From positions 32,001 through 96,000 of the forward strand of contig CAWDOD010000002.1 in NCBI GenBank assembly GCA_963803805.1: a stretch of DNA of 64,000 bases. Reading direction: 5' to 3'. The stretch is from an uncultured cyanobacterium. Lineage in GTDB: Bacteria > Cyanobacteriota > Cyanobacteriia > Cyanobacteriales > CAWCAG01. This document shows positions 31,424 through 41,510 of this stretch, one piece after another (positions within the stretch are counted from its first letter, which is position 1; each line of letters opens with the position of its first letter). Made by a program: the position numbers and the translations under genes. The notes below the pieces were generated by a model, which ran no database searches, had not been told where the DNA came from, and saw nothing but the letters and a program-made list of their open reading frames with translations.

Positions 31424-32197
31424 TCAATATCCTCCTAATTTACCCTGTTTCTTGGTTTGTCGTTCACTGAATCTAAAAATAGATAAACCTATAGCTAAAG
31501 AAACTAAGCTATTAACAAAAGCCAACCCCAACTCTAACCAATTTAAACTTTCACCTCTAGCCATCAAATCTCTTAATAAACCTGCACCTCCAGTTAGGGG
31601 AATTAACCAACGCCAAACTTGTCCCCACCCTGTCCAAGTTTCTGATGGTGTTGCTAAGACAAAAAGAAAAGCAAATTGAGAAAGATTGACTACTTGTCCA
31701 ATTCTTTTAAATAATAAAACTAAAGCCCCCATAACAAAAGCTAAACCGTAAGCTCCGAGAATAATAGTTGTTAGGGGTAAAATTAGTAGAGGTGGAAAAT
31801 CAAGGCGAGAACCCGTTAAAGCTAAAATGATAATGAGGACTGAAAGTACTAAGGCAAGCTGAATAACGACTGAAGCGATCGCCCGGACAAAAAATACTTT
31901 AACAGCACCGTATAAGGAAAGGAAAACCTGTTCTAATGTTCCTGTTTGAGCTTCATTTTGCAGTTGTGAAGTGGTATTACTCATAATAAATAGAGTTAGA
32001 GTCCACAGTACATAACCAATGACAACACTATCAAAGCGATCACCTAATTGAAAGTTTGGCCCGGCTACATATTTAGCTCCTAAAAAAAGCCCGTAAAATA
32101 GGCAGGTGGTAATGAAAATTCCCCCTATCGCTTCAAAAGGGTAACGGACAATTTGAATCCAACTGCGACGTAATTCAGCCAAGAATAGTTCAATCAT
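31424..32197 (-). CDS. ABC-2 type exporter permease
   Basis: About 6 TMs, EAQTGTLEQ, C-terminal G.LGGY; overlaps the ATPase gene. Confidence 0.85.
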   Translation of the reverse strand: MIELFLAELRRSWIQIVRYPFEAIGGIFITTCLFYGLFLGAKYVAGPNFQLGDRFDSVVIGYVLWTLTLFIMSNTTSQLQNEAQTGTLEQVFLSLYGAVKVFFVRAIASVVIQLALVLSVLIIILALTGSRLDFPPLLILPLTTIILGAYGLAFVMGALVLLFKRIGQVVNLSQFAFLFVLATPSETWTGWGQVWRWLIPLTGGAGLLRDLMARGESLNWLELGLAFVNSLVSLAIGLSIFRFSERQTKKQGKLGGY

Positions 32198-33122
32198 GTT
32201 TCGGATTTTGTTGAATTAATTTTAAGAACACTTGAGTTAAGTCGCTGCTATCTTTTTTAACTTGCACAATGGGTAAAGGTTTTAAAGCCGCTAACATTTT
32301 ATATAGCTCTTCTGTGCCATGAATATGTAAGCGATTTTCTCCTTCTTGCCATCCTCCTAATGTTGCTAAGATTTGTTGTTGGTATTGGTCTAAATTAGAT
32401 TCAGTTTCCACAATATAAGCAGTGCCAGAAAAGCTACGAATTAATTCGTGAGTGGATTCTTCGGCGATAATTTCACCTGTTTTGATAATAGCCACGCGAT
32501 CGCTTAATTCTTCGGCAATATCTAGCTGATGGGTGGTAAGTAAAATAGCACATCCTTCTTGGGCAATTTCTTTAACTAAAACCTTTACTGTTTGGGTTGC
32601 TTCTACATCTAGTCCTAAAGTAGGTTCGTCTAATAAAAGTAATTTAGGTTGGTGAATTAAAGCAGTGGCGATCGCTAATTTTTGCTGCATTCCCCTAGAA
32701 AGCATTTGTACTGTAGTACGGCGTTTTTCAGTTAGTTCAAATCTTGCTAATAATTCTCTACCTTGACGACGGGCTTGACGGCGAGTTAACCCTTTTAAAA
32801 CACCAAAATATTCGAGGTTTTCTTCTGGGGTTAAACGCCAATAAAGGTTACGGTTTCCTTCTAATACTGCCCCAAGATAACGTAAAGCTTGGGGATTTTT
32901 ATGAGGATTTAAACCAGCAATGCTCACCCAGCCCTCATTTGGTTCTACTAACCCCGCAATAGTTTTAATAGTAGTTGTTTTTCCTGCACCGTTGGGTCCT
33001 AAGAATGCTAATACTTCTCCTTTATCTAAGGTTAAATTAACTTGGCGTACCGCTTCAAAATACTTGCCTCCTACTCGATAGCCCTTACTAAGGTTATGGA
33101 CTTCTAATAGACTATTTGGCAT
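32190..33122 (-). CDS. ABC exporter ATP-binding protein
   Basis: GPNGAGKTT, LSRGMQQK, LLDEPTLGLD. Confidence 0.92.
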   Translation of the reverse strand: MPNSLLEVHNLSKGYRVGGKYFEAVRQVNLTLDKGEVLAFLGPNGAGKTTTIKTIAGLVEPNEGWVSIAGLNPHKNPQALRYLGAVLEGNRNLYWRLTPEENLEYFGVLKGLTRRQARRQGRELLARFELTEKRRTTVQMLSRGMQQKLAIATALIHQPKLLLLDEPTLGLDVEATQTVKVLVKEIAQEGCAILLTTHQLDIAEELSDRVAIIKTGEIIAEESTHELIRSFSGTAYIVETESNLDQYQQQILATLGGWQEGENRLHIHGTEELYKMLAALKPLPIVQVKKDSSDLTQVFLKLIQQNPKHD

Positions 33123-33246
33123 TCAGATTACCTACTTTTATGATGAGATATATAGCAATTTCATTTGAGATATGAACACAGAAGTGATAGGTAATAGTTA
33201 GAAAACCTTGTTTGCTGCTATTAGCCGTTAGCCATTAACTATTAAT

Positions 33247-33804
33247 TTAGAAAACATCTTCATAAATCTCTGCCATAGTCAAAGTTAAACCAACTGAATC
33301 CAGTTGTAACTTATCATCTTTACCCAAAGTTTCTATAGCCCAATCATCCTGTTTATTCCGGCGATGAACTTCTACCTTAATCTCGTCTTGAGAAACTAAA
33401 ACATATTCTTGTAAACTTTCTAAGTTTTGATAATTAAGATGTTTTTCTCTTTTGTCTATATTTTCAGTAGAATTAGATAGAACTTCTACCATCAAGTTAG
33501 GACTAGTTTTAAAGTATTTTTCCTTATCCTCTGGGTGGCAGGCAACTAAAAGATCAGGATAATAAAAGATATCAGCTTTTTGTACCTTAATTTTAACTTT
33601 CATATCTGAAACAAAAGCACGACAGGAACTTCCCCGTAAATGAGAACGCAAGGCAGCATAAATATTACCAGCTATTAGGTTGTGTTCTTTGCTAGCACCT
33701 GCCATAGCAAAGATTTGTCCATCAACATATTCATGGCGAACTTTTCTATCTTTCTCAGTTTTCAGGTACTCTTCGATAGTCAGAAAGTGAAGAGGAGATT
33801 GCAT
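33247..33804 (-). CDS. Uma2 family (DUF820) endonuclease-like protein
   Basis: EEYL..E....RHEYVDG.IFAMAG, YYPD, EVLS.ST, LQEYVLV. Confidence 0.92.
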   Translation of the reverse strand: MQSPLHFLTIEEYLKTEKDRKVRHEYVDGQIFAMAGASKEHNLIAGNIYAALRSHLRGSSCRAFVSDMKVKIKVQKADIFYYPDLLVACHPEDKEKYFKTSPNLMVEVLSNSTENIDKREKHLNYQNLESLQEYVLVSQDEIKVEVHRRNKQDDWAIETLGKDDKLQLDSVGLTLTMAEIYEDVF

Positions 33805-33868
33805 AATGTGAATTGGTATAATCAACCAAACTTATTCTTGCTTCTATTTTCCTACAATTCACCTTCAA

Positions 33869-34783
33869 ATGCTGCCTGTTATACATCATCCTAACTACGT
33901 TGCCACTTTGCCACAAGGACATCGCTTTCCAATGCCCAAATTTGGAGGATTGTACGAATATTTACTCAAGAAAAAAATTGTCCAAGCATCGCAAGTAGAG
34001 ACTCCTGAACCTGCTTGCCAAGAGTGGCTTAAATTGGTACATACATCTGATTATGTTGAAGCTTATTGTACAGGAACATTAGAACCCAAAGCCCAGAGGC
34101 GCATCGGGCTACCTTGGAGTTATGAATTAGCAAATCGCACCTGTACAGCAGTTGGGGGGACAATATTAACCGCACAGCTAGCTTTAAAAAGAGGTTTAGC
34201 TTGTAATACTGTGGGGGGAACTCATCATGCTTTTCCTAATTATGGTTCAGGGTTTTGTATTTTTAATGATTTAGCGATCGCCGTGCGAGTTTTACAGAAA
34301 TTGGGATTAGTAAATAAAGTTTTAATTGTCGATTTAGATGTGCATCAAGGAGACGGTACAGCTTATATTTTCCGAAACGATCCTAGAGTCTTTACTTTTT
34401 CTATGCACTGCGAAGCTAACTTTCCTAATCATAAACAAAGTAGTGATTTAGATGTTCCCCTACCCGTTGGTTTAGATGACGAAAGTTACTTAGAGATTTT
34501 GGCGAAACATCTGCCTAATTTATTAGCAAAAGTACAGCCAGATTTAATTCTTTATGATGCGGGAGTAGATGTTCATATTGAAGATAGGTTAGGGAAATTA
34601 GCCCTTACAGATATGGGTATTTATCGACGAGAAATGCAGGTTTTAACTACTTGTATAAGTGCAGGATATCCTGTTGCTTGTGTAATTGGTGGTGGCTACT
34701 CCCAAAATATGGCAGGATTGATTTATCGCCATTCTTTGTTACATAAAGCAGCCACAGAAGTATTTCAGCAATATAAACTTTAG
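33869..34783 (+). CDS. histone deacetylase family protein
   Basis: HRFPM, GGTHHA, GFCIFND, DLDVHQGDGT, GGGY. Confidence 0.94.
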   Translation: MLPVIHHPNYVATLPQGHRFPMPKFGGLYEYLLKKKIVQASQVETPEPACQEWLKLVHTSDYVEAYCTGTLEPKAQRRIGLPWSYELANRTCTAVGGTILTAQLALKRGLACNTVGGTHHAFPNYGSGFCIFNDLAIAVRVLQKLGLVNKVLIVDLDVHQGDGTAYIFRNDPRVFTFSMHCEANFPNHKQSSDLDVPLPVGLDDESYLEILAKHLPNLLAKVQPDLILYDAGVDVHIEDRLGKLALTDMGIYRREMQVLTTCISAGYPVACVIGGGYSQNMAGLIYRHSLLHKAATEVFQQYKL

Positions 34784-34815
34784 TTCCTAATTATCTCTTA
34801 TCTTATCTTATCTAT

Positions 34816-35127
34816 TCATAATTCAACTGCTTCTTTTAAGACATTTTCAGCAATTAGAGAACTTATTCCCTTAGTAGTAGTAATATCTACCTCACTTTCT
34901 AAAAAAAACTCTAAATCATTAATCAGTCCTCCTGGAAACCACGCACTTCGCCGGCTTCTATCATAATCAATTAAAAAGTCAATATCGCTTTCTTTAGTAG
35001 CTTCTCCTCTTGCTAAAGAACCAAACACCCGCACATTATATACTCCATGTTTAGCAAAAATAGTCAGCAGTTGCTCTCTGCGCTCACGTAAGTCTTCAAT
35101 AGTCCTGATTGCTGTTGATAAGGTCAT
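34816..35127 (-). CDS. minimal nucleotidyltransferase (MNT antitoxin-type)
   Basis: FGSLARGEA..ESDIDFL, EVDI, 103 aa. Confidence 0.88.
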   Translation of the reverse strand: MTLSTAIRTIEDLRERREQLLTIFAKHGVYNVRVFGSLARGEATKESDIDFLIDYDRSRRSAWFPGGLINDLEFFLESEVDITTTKGISSLIAENVLKEAVEL

Positions 35128-35295
35128 AAATAAATGTATTCTTAAAGCTAAGAGCTAAAAGCTAACCTCACAGATCAACTGTTTCTGCAAAACTGAGATG
35201 CTCCCTACCCTTTTGTCTTTGCTTTTCTCGTTATTCTTTATCTAGCAAGGCTTTCAATAATCATGCTTTCTTCTAACATATAAGTCCTGTATCAA

Positions 35296-35325
35296 TAAAA
35301 AAAGCCCTGCATACACAGGACTTTT
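35296..35325 (-). terminator. intrinsic terminator of porin gene
   Basis: Minus strand AAAGTCCTG-loop-CAGGGCTTTTTTT. Confidence 0.7.
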
Positions 35326-35359
35326 GCAAGCAAAATAAAATTAGTTAAACCTAACTCTT

Positions 35360-37054
35360 TTAGAATGTAAAGGTAGTTCTAAGAGTACCGATAAAGAGAT
35401 CGGAATTAGCTTCACTTTGGTTGGGGTTTGTCACCCAAACTACACCAGGAGTAATGGAAATGTTGTCATTTACCTGGTACTTGTAGAAACCTTCCACATG
35501 GAGAGGAATATCATTACTGGTTACAGTAGCATTAAGGCTTCCGGCATAAGGTTGCGCCCCAGCAAAGATGCCTAAAAGATTTCCTTCTTTACCAAGATCA
35601 GCAAAGGCAATACCGCCACCATAACTCCAAACTTCGTTGTCTCCAGCAGCGTTGAGGATATCGATGACATCAGCGTACATACCATAACCACTGATAGAAA
35701 TTGTGTCAGCGAGTTGGAAAGCAGCTTCTACACCATAGGCGTTAACAACCGCAGGAGATGAAGAGAAAGTAGTGCCTACCAGTGAACCAGCAGGGTTATT
35801 AGCACCGAAGGAACCTGTTACACCAGAAAATATTCCACCCGAAGCATTGTAGCTGTTGACGTAGGTGACACCAATACCTAGTTTGTCGCCCAGGTTAAAA
35901 TCTAGCTGTGCCAAGCCTGCATAGTCACCATTAAACAAACCTTGACCTAAACCAGGGCTTTCTCCCTCCGCAGCTAAGTAACCCAAGGTTAGGGTGGCGG
36001 GGCCAACTCCAAAGTTAACACCTGCACCAGAGCCAAAACCGATGCGATAAATGGGGCTTTCTGAAGCGAAGGCTGTTAAAGCACCGTTACCACCGTCGTA
36101 ATCTTCAAAGTAGGGGTTGAGGGTATTGACATAATCGCTGTGAATACCATTAAAACCAGCGATGTAAACTTGAGACTGTCCGAAGGGAAAGTAATAAGCT
36201 AACCAGTCCATTTGGACATTGTTACCACCGCCACCAGGAACAAAAGTAGCAACGCTTAAAGTTCCTTCGCTACTTCCCAATGAATCACCGTCACCGTTAA
36301 CAAAACCACTATTTGCACCATAAGCAGAACCGTTTCCAGCCGCTAAACGGGTAACTAGGGTATCTTGTCCAGTGAAGCTAGTGTTGAGGGTTAAACGAAC
36401 CCTATCTTGAAAGACAGTGTTGTTATCGGCAGTGCCGCCAAACTCGTCAGCGACTTGCATAATAACTTCACCAGCTAACTTGGTAGTGGTAGAGAATTGA
36501 TGATCTTCAACAAAAGCGACACGCCCTTCTAAGTCATCAACCCTAGCTCCTAATGTAGCAAGTTCAACTTCAAACTCTTGTACTAAGCGGCGTAGAGTCG
36601 CTAAATCTCCCCCTTCTACACTGCCGATGTTTTCTTCAACCCACTCCATACAACGGCTAACTGCTGCTGCAAATTCGTAGCGGGTAATATTTCTTTGTCC
36701 TTTGAAAGTTCCGTCGGGATAGCCGACAATACAGCCGTATTTATCGACCATTTTTTGTACAGCGCTGAACCAAAATGGATCGATATCAGAAAGCTGATTA
36801 ACGCTGGTTACTTGATCAAGGGCGTTGCGATCGCCACTGTATTCATTGATTTGCTCAATCATTTCACTGGTATCAGACTGAGCAATGGAAGTTTCTTCGG
36901 ATGCCGCAAAGTTTAGTTCCGGAGATACTTCAGTATCCGTAATTTCTTGTTGGTTATATTCACTGCTGACAGGGTTTTCCGCAGCGTTAGCTGCCAATGC
37001 TACTCCAAATAGCGCCGGACTAACTAAAAGCGATTGCCATAGTAGTTTGTACAC
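35360..37054 (-). CDS. cyanobacterial outer-membrane porin (SLH + OprB-type; 'iron uptake porin' family)
   Basis: SLH GCIVGYPDGTF..TRYEFAA, FSTTTKL.GE, terminal LRTTFTF. Confidence 0.95.
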   Translation of the reverse strand: MYKLLWQSLLVSPALFGVALAANAAENPVSSEYNQQEITDTEVSPELNFAASEETSIAQSDTSEMIEQINEYSGDRNALDQVTSVNQLSDIDPFWFSAVQKMVDKYGCIVGYPDGTFKGQRNITRYEFAAAVSRCMEWVEENIGSVEGGDLATLRRLVQEFEVELATLGARVDDLEGRVAFVEDHQFSTTTKLAGEVIMQVADEFGGTADNNTVFQDRVRLTLNTSFTGQDTLVTRLAAGNGSAYGANSGFVNGDGDSLGSSEGTLSVATFVPGGGGNNVQMDWLAYYFPFGQSQVYIAGFNGIHSDYVNTLNPYFEDYDGGNGALTAFASESPIYRIGFGSGAGVNFGVGPATLTLGYLAAEGESPGLGQGLFNGDYAGLAQLDFNLGDKLGIGVTYVNSYNASGGIFSGVTGSFGANNPAGSLVGTTFSSSPAVVNAYGVEAAFQLADTISISGYGMYADVIDILNAAGDNEVWSYGGGIAFADLGKEGNLLGIFAGAQPYAGSLNATVTSNDIPLHVEGFYKYQVNDNISITPGVVWVTNPNQSEANSDLFIGTLRTTFTF

Positions 37055-37452
37055 GGTTGACTTTCCTCACACTTAAACACACTTGATAGATGATAACTCA
37101 GTGTTTTTTACTTTACCCAGAATATATACATACCATGACAGTCCGTATTAGTAGGCAAAAAGAGTATTTAATGATACAAAATCTATTTTTCTGGGTGTTA
37201 ATGTTGATTCATCAGAGTCATTAAACCAAGTATTTACCTCAGTACTTGATGGTTTAAGTGATTACATCCTCACTCTCTTGTCTTGTTAAGTAAAATCAGG
37301 TCTGAATTAGCAATAATTCAAAATGCTGCTGTGGTAATCACACAAGTTTTTCCTAGAACATCCACTAGTGAAATTAACTAGTGCCGGGTTGCCAAGTATT
37401 CTGTATCTTTAAAAAGGAGGAAAAATTAACTCAATAGAGCAGCAAAAGTTTG

Positions 37453-37479
37453 AGCGGATAAGATGTAATCTTATCCGCT
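37453..37479. terminator. perfect 12-bp hairpin after mscS
   Basis: AGCGGATAAGAT-GTA-ATCTTATCCGCT. Confidence 0.7.
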
Positions 37480-37485
37480 TAGTTT

Positions 37486-38601
37486 TTACCGATTTGCTTC
37501 GCTCATCTCATCACTAGCGTTCAACCTATTAAAATTAATATCACGGATAGGAAAAGGAATGTTTATTCCTTCTTCGTCATAGCGACGGTGCAATCTTTTA
37601 ATAAATTCATGCCTCGCTGTACGTTTTTCTAAAAATTCGTTAACTCGCAAAAATACTGTGAAATCAATACTAAAATCATTAAATGTCTCATATAAAATAA
37701 ACGGCTCAAAATCAGTCTTGATTTGACAAACTTCTGCCATCACTTCTTTTGCTACTTCAATCGTCACCCTTTCTACTTTCTCTAGGTCACTTTCATAACT
37801 AACTCCCAAAGAAAAAGTTAGGGTGATATTTTTGGCAGGTAAATGGTAGTTAGTAAAAATAGCTGAAGCTAACTTAGCGTTAGGAATAATTACTAGATTA
37901 TCGGGTAACTCTTTAACTGTAGTGTTACGCCAACTAATATCAATCACATAACCTTCCTGACCAGTTTCTAGCTTAATATAATCTCCTGTCCTGACTTGTC
38001 CAGATAAGGTGATATAAAAGCCAGCAAATAAATTTGATAGAGTATCTTGTAGTGCTAAAGCTACTGCTAAACCGCCAATTCCTAGAGTAGTAATTATTGT
38101 CGTGATGTCAATACCCAAATTTTGTAAAACGACTAAGGTAGTGAAACCAAAGATGATAATTCTCACTAAATTAGAAGCTAAAGAAGTTGGTATGCTCGGA
38201 AATCTCTTTAATAGCAAGTTAAAGAGAATAATAATCACTCTGGAGGCGAATAAAGCGAAAGAGTAAGTAATAATTACTAAAAGTATTTTTTTAAGAAAAA
38301 TGGCACTACTAGGGTTCAGCTTGCTCAACAAAATTGCGCTGTAAAGACCAGCTAAAAAGAACCAAACTAAACCAATACCTCGTAAAGAAAGAAACAGTCG
38401 GTCATCGATTTTTGAATTGGTCTTCCTAGTAATTGCAACTATTTTCTTGAGAATTATTTTCTCAAAAATAATGCCGGTTAATGCACCGAAAAAGATTAGG
38501 GCAATGGGTATTGCCCACGTCATGATAGATAGATAGCTAATATTAATGCTCATTCCCCGGTAAATTCTTAAACTAACTCCCATAACCTTACCTACTTCCA
38601 T
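37486..38601 (-). CDS. MscS-family mechanosensitive channel
   Basis: LGIGGLAVALALQDTLSN, GDYI, IPNAKL, GINIPFP. True start is probably downstream of 38601. Confidence 0.92.
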   Translation of the reverse strand: MEVGKVMGVSLRIYRGMSINISYLSIMTWAIPIALIFFGALTGIIFEKIILKKIVAITRKTNSKIDDRLFLSLRGIGLVWFFLAGLYSAILLSKLNPSSAIFLKKILLVIITYSFALFASRVIIILFNLLLKRFPSIPTSLASNLVRIIIFGFTTLVVLQNLGIDITTIITTLGIGGLAVALALQDTLSNLFAGFYITLSGQVRTGDYIKLETGQEGYVIDISWRNTTVKELPDNLVIIPNAKLASAIFTNYHLPAKNITLTFSLGVSYESDLEKVERVTIEVAKEVMAEVCQIKTDFEPFILYETFNDFSIDFTVFLRVNEFLEKRTARHEFIKRLHRRYDEEGINIPFPIRDINFNRLNASDEMSEANR

Positions 38602-38770
38602 CTAACTTCAGATGTAAAAAATTAATCTGTTCCCGACAAGCTTTCTCACTTTAGGCAAGGGACAAACCGGAGGTATCTTTAGTAGTCTAAACTTAGAGAG
38701 TGGACTAGCTGCCCTTTGAAAATTTCTTTATAGACTGCTGGCCGTCTTTGTTCATCAGGTGAAAAATATC

Positions 38771-39910
38771 GTGCTACTATCCAAAGGTTTTGAAGTTGAG
38801 ATGTATACCGGCACTCCTCAAGGAGAAATTGTCGGTCTATCAGACCGTATTGTTGCTGATTTACAAGGCTTTGTACGGGAACCAGACAGTCGTAATGTGG
38901 AATATACCACCGCACCTTTCTATTGTTATGATCGCCTACTTTGCGCCTTGGTACGTCCGCGCCAAAAACTGAGAAATTATTTAAAAAAGTTAGGTAACTA
39001 TACCTTAGTTCCTGGTAGTACTTTATCTTTAGGAAACACTAGTCACTTCTATCGTTCCGACCCCAAAAATCCTTATCATAGTTATATCGAACAAACCTAC
39101 GGTACAAAAGTTGTTACCGCCAGCATCCATATTAATGTCGGTATTGACAACCCAGAATTATTAATGAAGGCCTGTCGGTTAATTAGAGTTGAAGCACCCC
39201 TTTACCTAGCTTTAAGCGCTTCTTCTCCTTTTTTAGGAGGAAAGGCGACAGGTTATCACTCCACACGCTGGCATACTTTCCCTCAAACTCCTACCTATGT
39301 CCCTCTATTTGAAAGTCATCCTCACTTCATCAGGTGGACAGAAGAACAATTGTTAAAGGGGACAATGCAAAATGTCCGCCATCTTTGGTCATCTGTAAGA
39401 CCAAATGGCGATCGCCGTCCTTATAACCTTAATCGTTTAGAATTGAGGATTTGCGACTTAATAGTAGATCCACTTGCTTTACTAGCAGTTATGGCCCTAT
39501 TAGAAGCCCGTTTACAACAAATGTTTTCTGATCCTAGCCTCGACCCCTTAGAAAGTAGTAAGTTGTCTCCAGAAGACTTAATCACCTTAACCAATGCCAA
39601 TGAAGAAGCCGCAGCAGTTAATAGTCTCGAAGCCCAACTACGTCACTGGCAAGATGGCCGACTAATTTTGGCTCAAGAGTGGCTCGAACAAATTTATCAA
39701 CAAGTCTGGCCTATTGCCAAGAAAAATGGTTATAGCTGCTTTCTCTCTCCCCTCAAAAAGCTACTCCGGGAAGGCAATACCTCTCAGCAATGGTTAGAAC
39801 GATATAACCAAGGTGAAACTATTCCACAAATACTTACTAAAGGTAGCCAAAAGATGGCACAACAAGAGCATGAATTAGAAGATCAACTTTGTCAGCTTCT
39901 AGCGGCTTGA
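38771..39910 (+). CDS. gshA: glutamate--cysteine ligase (cyanobacterial type)
   Basis: LLSKGFEVEMYTG, EPDSRNVEY, HINVG, HLWSSVRPNG, LELRICD. Confidence 0.92.
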   Translation: MLLSKGFEVEMYTGTPQGEIVGLSDRIVADLQGFVREPDSRNVEYTTAPFYCYDRLLCALVRPRQKLRNYLKKLGNYTLVPGSTLSLGNTSHFYRSDPKNPYHSYIEQTYGTKVVTASIHINVGIDNPELLMKACRLIRVEAPLYLALSASSPFLGGKATGYHSTRWHTFPQTPTYVPLFESHPHFIRWTEEQLLKGTMQNVRHLWSSVRPNGDRRPYNLNRLELRICDLIVDPLALLAVMALLEARLQQMFSDPSLDPLESSKLSPEDLITLTNANEEAAAVNSLEAQLRHWQDGRLILAQEWLEQIYQQVWPIAKKNGYSCFLSPLKKLLREGNTSQQWLERYNQGETIPQILTKGSQKMAQQEHELEDQLCQLLAA

Positions 39911-40128
39911 TTTTTGCCTACATCTAGTCAAAATAAAACTTATCGCCATTTCCAATGTCATAAAATTCTAATCATTGTGGTTATTACTATAGCTATAAAA
40001 AAAAACTATATGTTTCCTTAACAAGTGGGTAGTATTTTAGGCAAAATCAATCTCAAGAGAGAATAAAGTACTATCTAAAGAGTGATGTCATAACTTAAAA
40101 AAGTAAATACGCGGGTCTTAAAAAGATA

Positions 40129-40587
40129 ATGCCAAGAGTTGTTCTTGTTAACCCCCAAATTCCTCCTAATACTGGCAATATTGCTCGCACTTGTGCTGCT
40201 ACAGGCACAGAACTCCATTTAGTTGCACCTTTGGGCTTTGAAATTAGCGATCGCTATCTCAAGCGGGCTGGTTTAGATTACTGGCCCTACGTCAAATTAC
40301 ACCAACATCAAGACTGGGAAGAATTTCTAGCATTCCAGCAAAAAGCTGGAGGGAGATTAATTGGTTTTAGTGTGCGAGGTGTACAAAGCTATATAGAATT
40401 TAGCTTCCAAGCCAATGACTGGTTATTATTTGGTAGCGAAACTAATGGTTTACCTCAACCGATCATGGCAATTTGCCAAACAATAGTTTATATACCCATG
40501 AATCAACCAAAAGTACGCAGCTTAAATCTTTCCGTTAGTGCTGCTGTGGGCTTATTTGAAGCACGCCGTCAGTTGAGTTGTAGTTAA
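40129..40587 (+). CDS. trmL: tRNA (cytidine/uridine-34 2'-O)-methyltransferase
   Basis: PQIPPNTGNIARTC, RAGLDYW, FGSET.GL, RSLNLS. Confidence 0.94.
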   Translation: MPRVVLVNPQIPPNTGNIARTCAATGTELHLVAPLGFEISDRYLKRAGLDYWPYVKLHQHQDWEEFLAFQQKAGGRLIGFSVRGVQSYIEFSFQANDWLLFGSETNGLPQPIMAICQTIVYIPMNQPKVRSLNLSVSAAVGLFEARRQLSCS

Positions 40588-41510
40588 CTATCTTCTTTAT
40601 ATAACTTCTTAGTATTCTTTCTCTCTATGTCCAAGCTTACCTAGTAAACAGGTTCTCTACCGTTTTTAAGACTATATTTAGTAGGGCTTCATCTATATCT
40701 ATTCATATATAGCTAATGCCCCTAACCAAAAGCAAAGTGAGAGAAGAATTAATTTCTCTATTGTCCACAAATTATCCCTTCAAGATTTATTATCCAAGAC
40801 TTTAGAAACTCTAATCATCTGACTTATCAGTTATATGGAATACCAAACACAGCTTTTTCGATAAGAAATATCTATGAAACCTAACTTATGTCAGGGAACT
40901 TAGAAGATAAATTTTTGTCATCATTAGAGAAAGGTTAAATAGATATTTAAGCAACTGACCTGCATCTTGTTTATCCCAGTCCAGGCAAAGGTTTGAACAG
41001 CTTTCTGATACATAAAAATCAGTCATTTAGTACAAGTATCTGTGGGGTATCCTGTAGCTAATTTTATTTAGGTCTTTCTCTTACTACTGAACTAGCCAAC
41101 TTGTTATCTTTTAACTAGTAGCTGCTATTATTGACCTTTGAGTTTAAGTTTTGTTCCGGAGCTATATTGTTTGAAGAGGTATGTAATCTTATCTGCCAAT
41201 TTCTAGAACTGTAGCTGTGAATACTTAAAAATCAGGAAACATCGTAAATATCAAATTAACTAAAGCGTTTAAAACTGTCATATTCAATAGGGTCTGCTAA
41301 CAAAAGTACTAGGTGAAAGAAATCAATTTACTAATCAACACTTGTCGAAATTTAAAAACCAGGGTAATCTTTCCCTTGTGCCTTACTTAATGTATATTTA
41401 CAGTCAGTGATTTTAATCACTTCTTGATGCAATCTATATCAATCGACTTAGATAAAGCATCACCCCACACCGGACAGTTAAGCGCTCGTCACACACTTAG
41501 GAGGTCGTTT

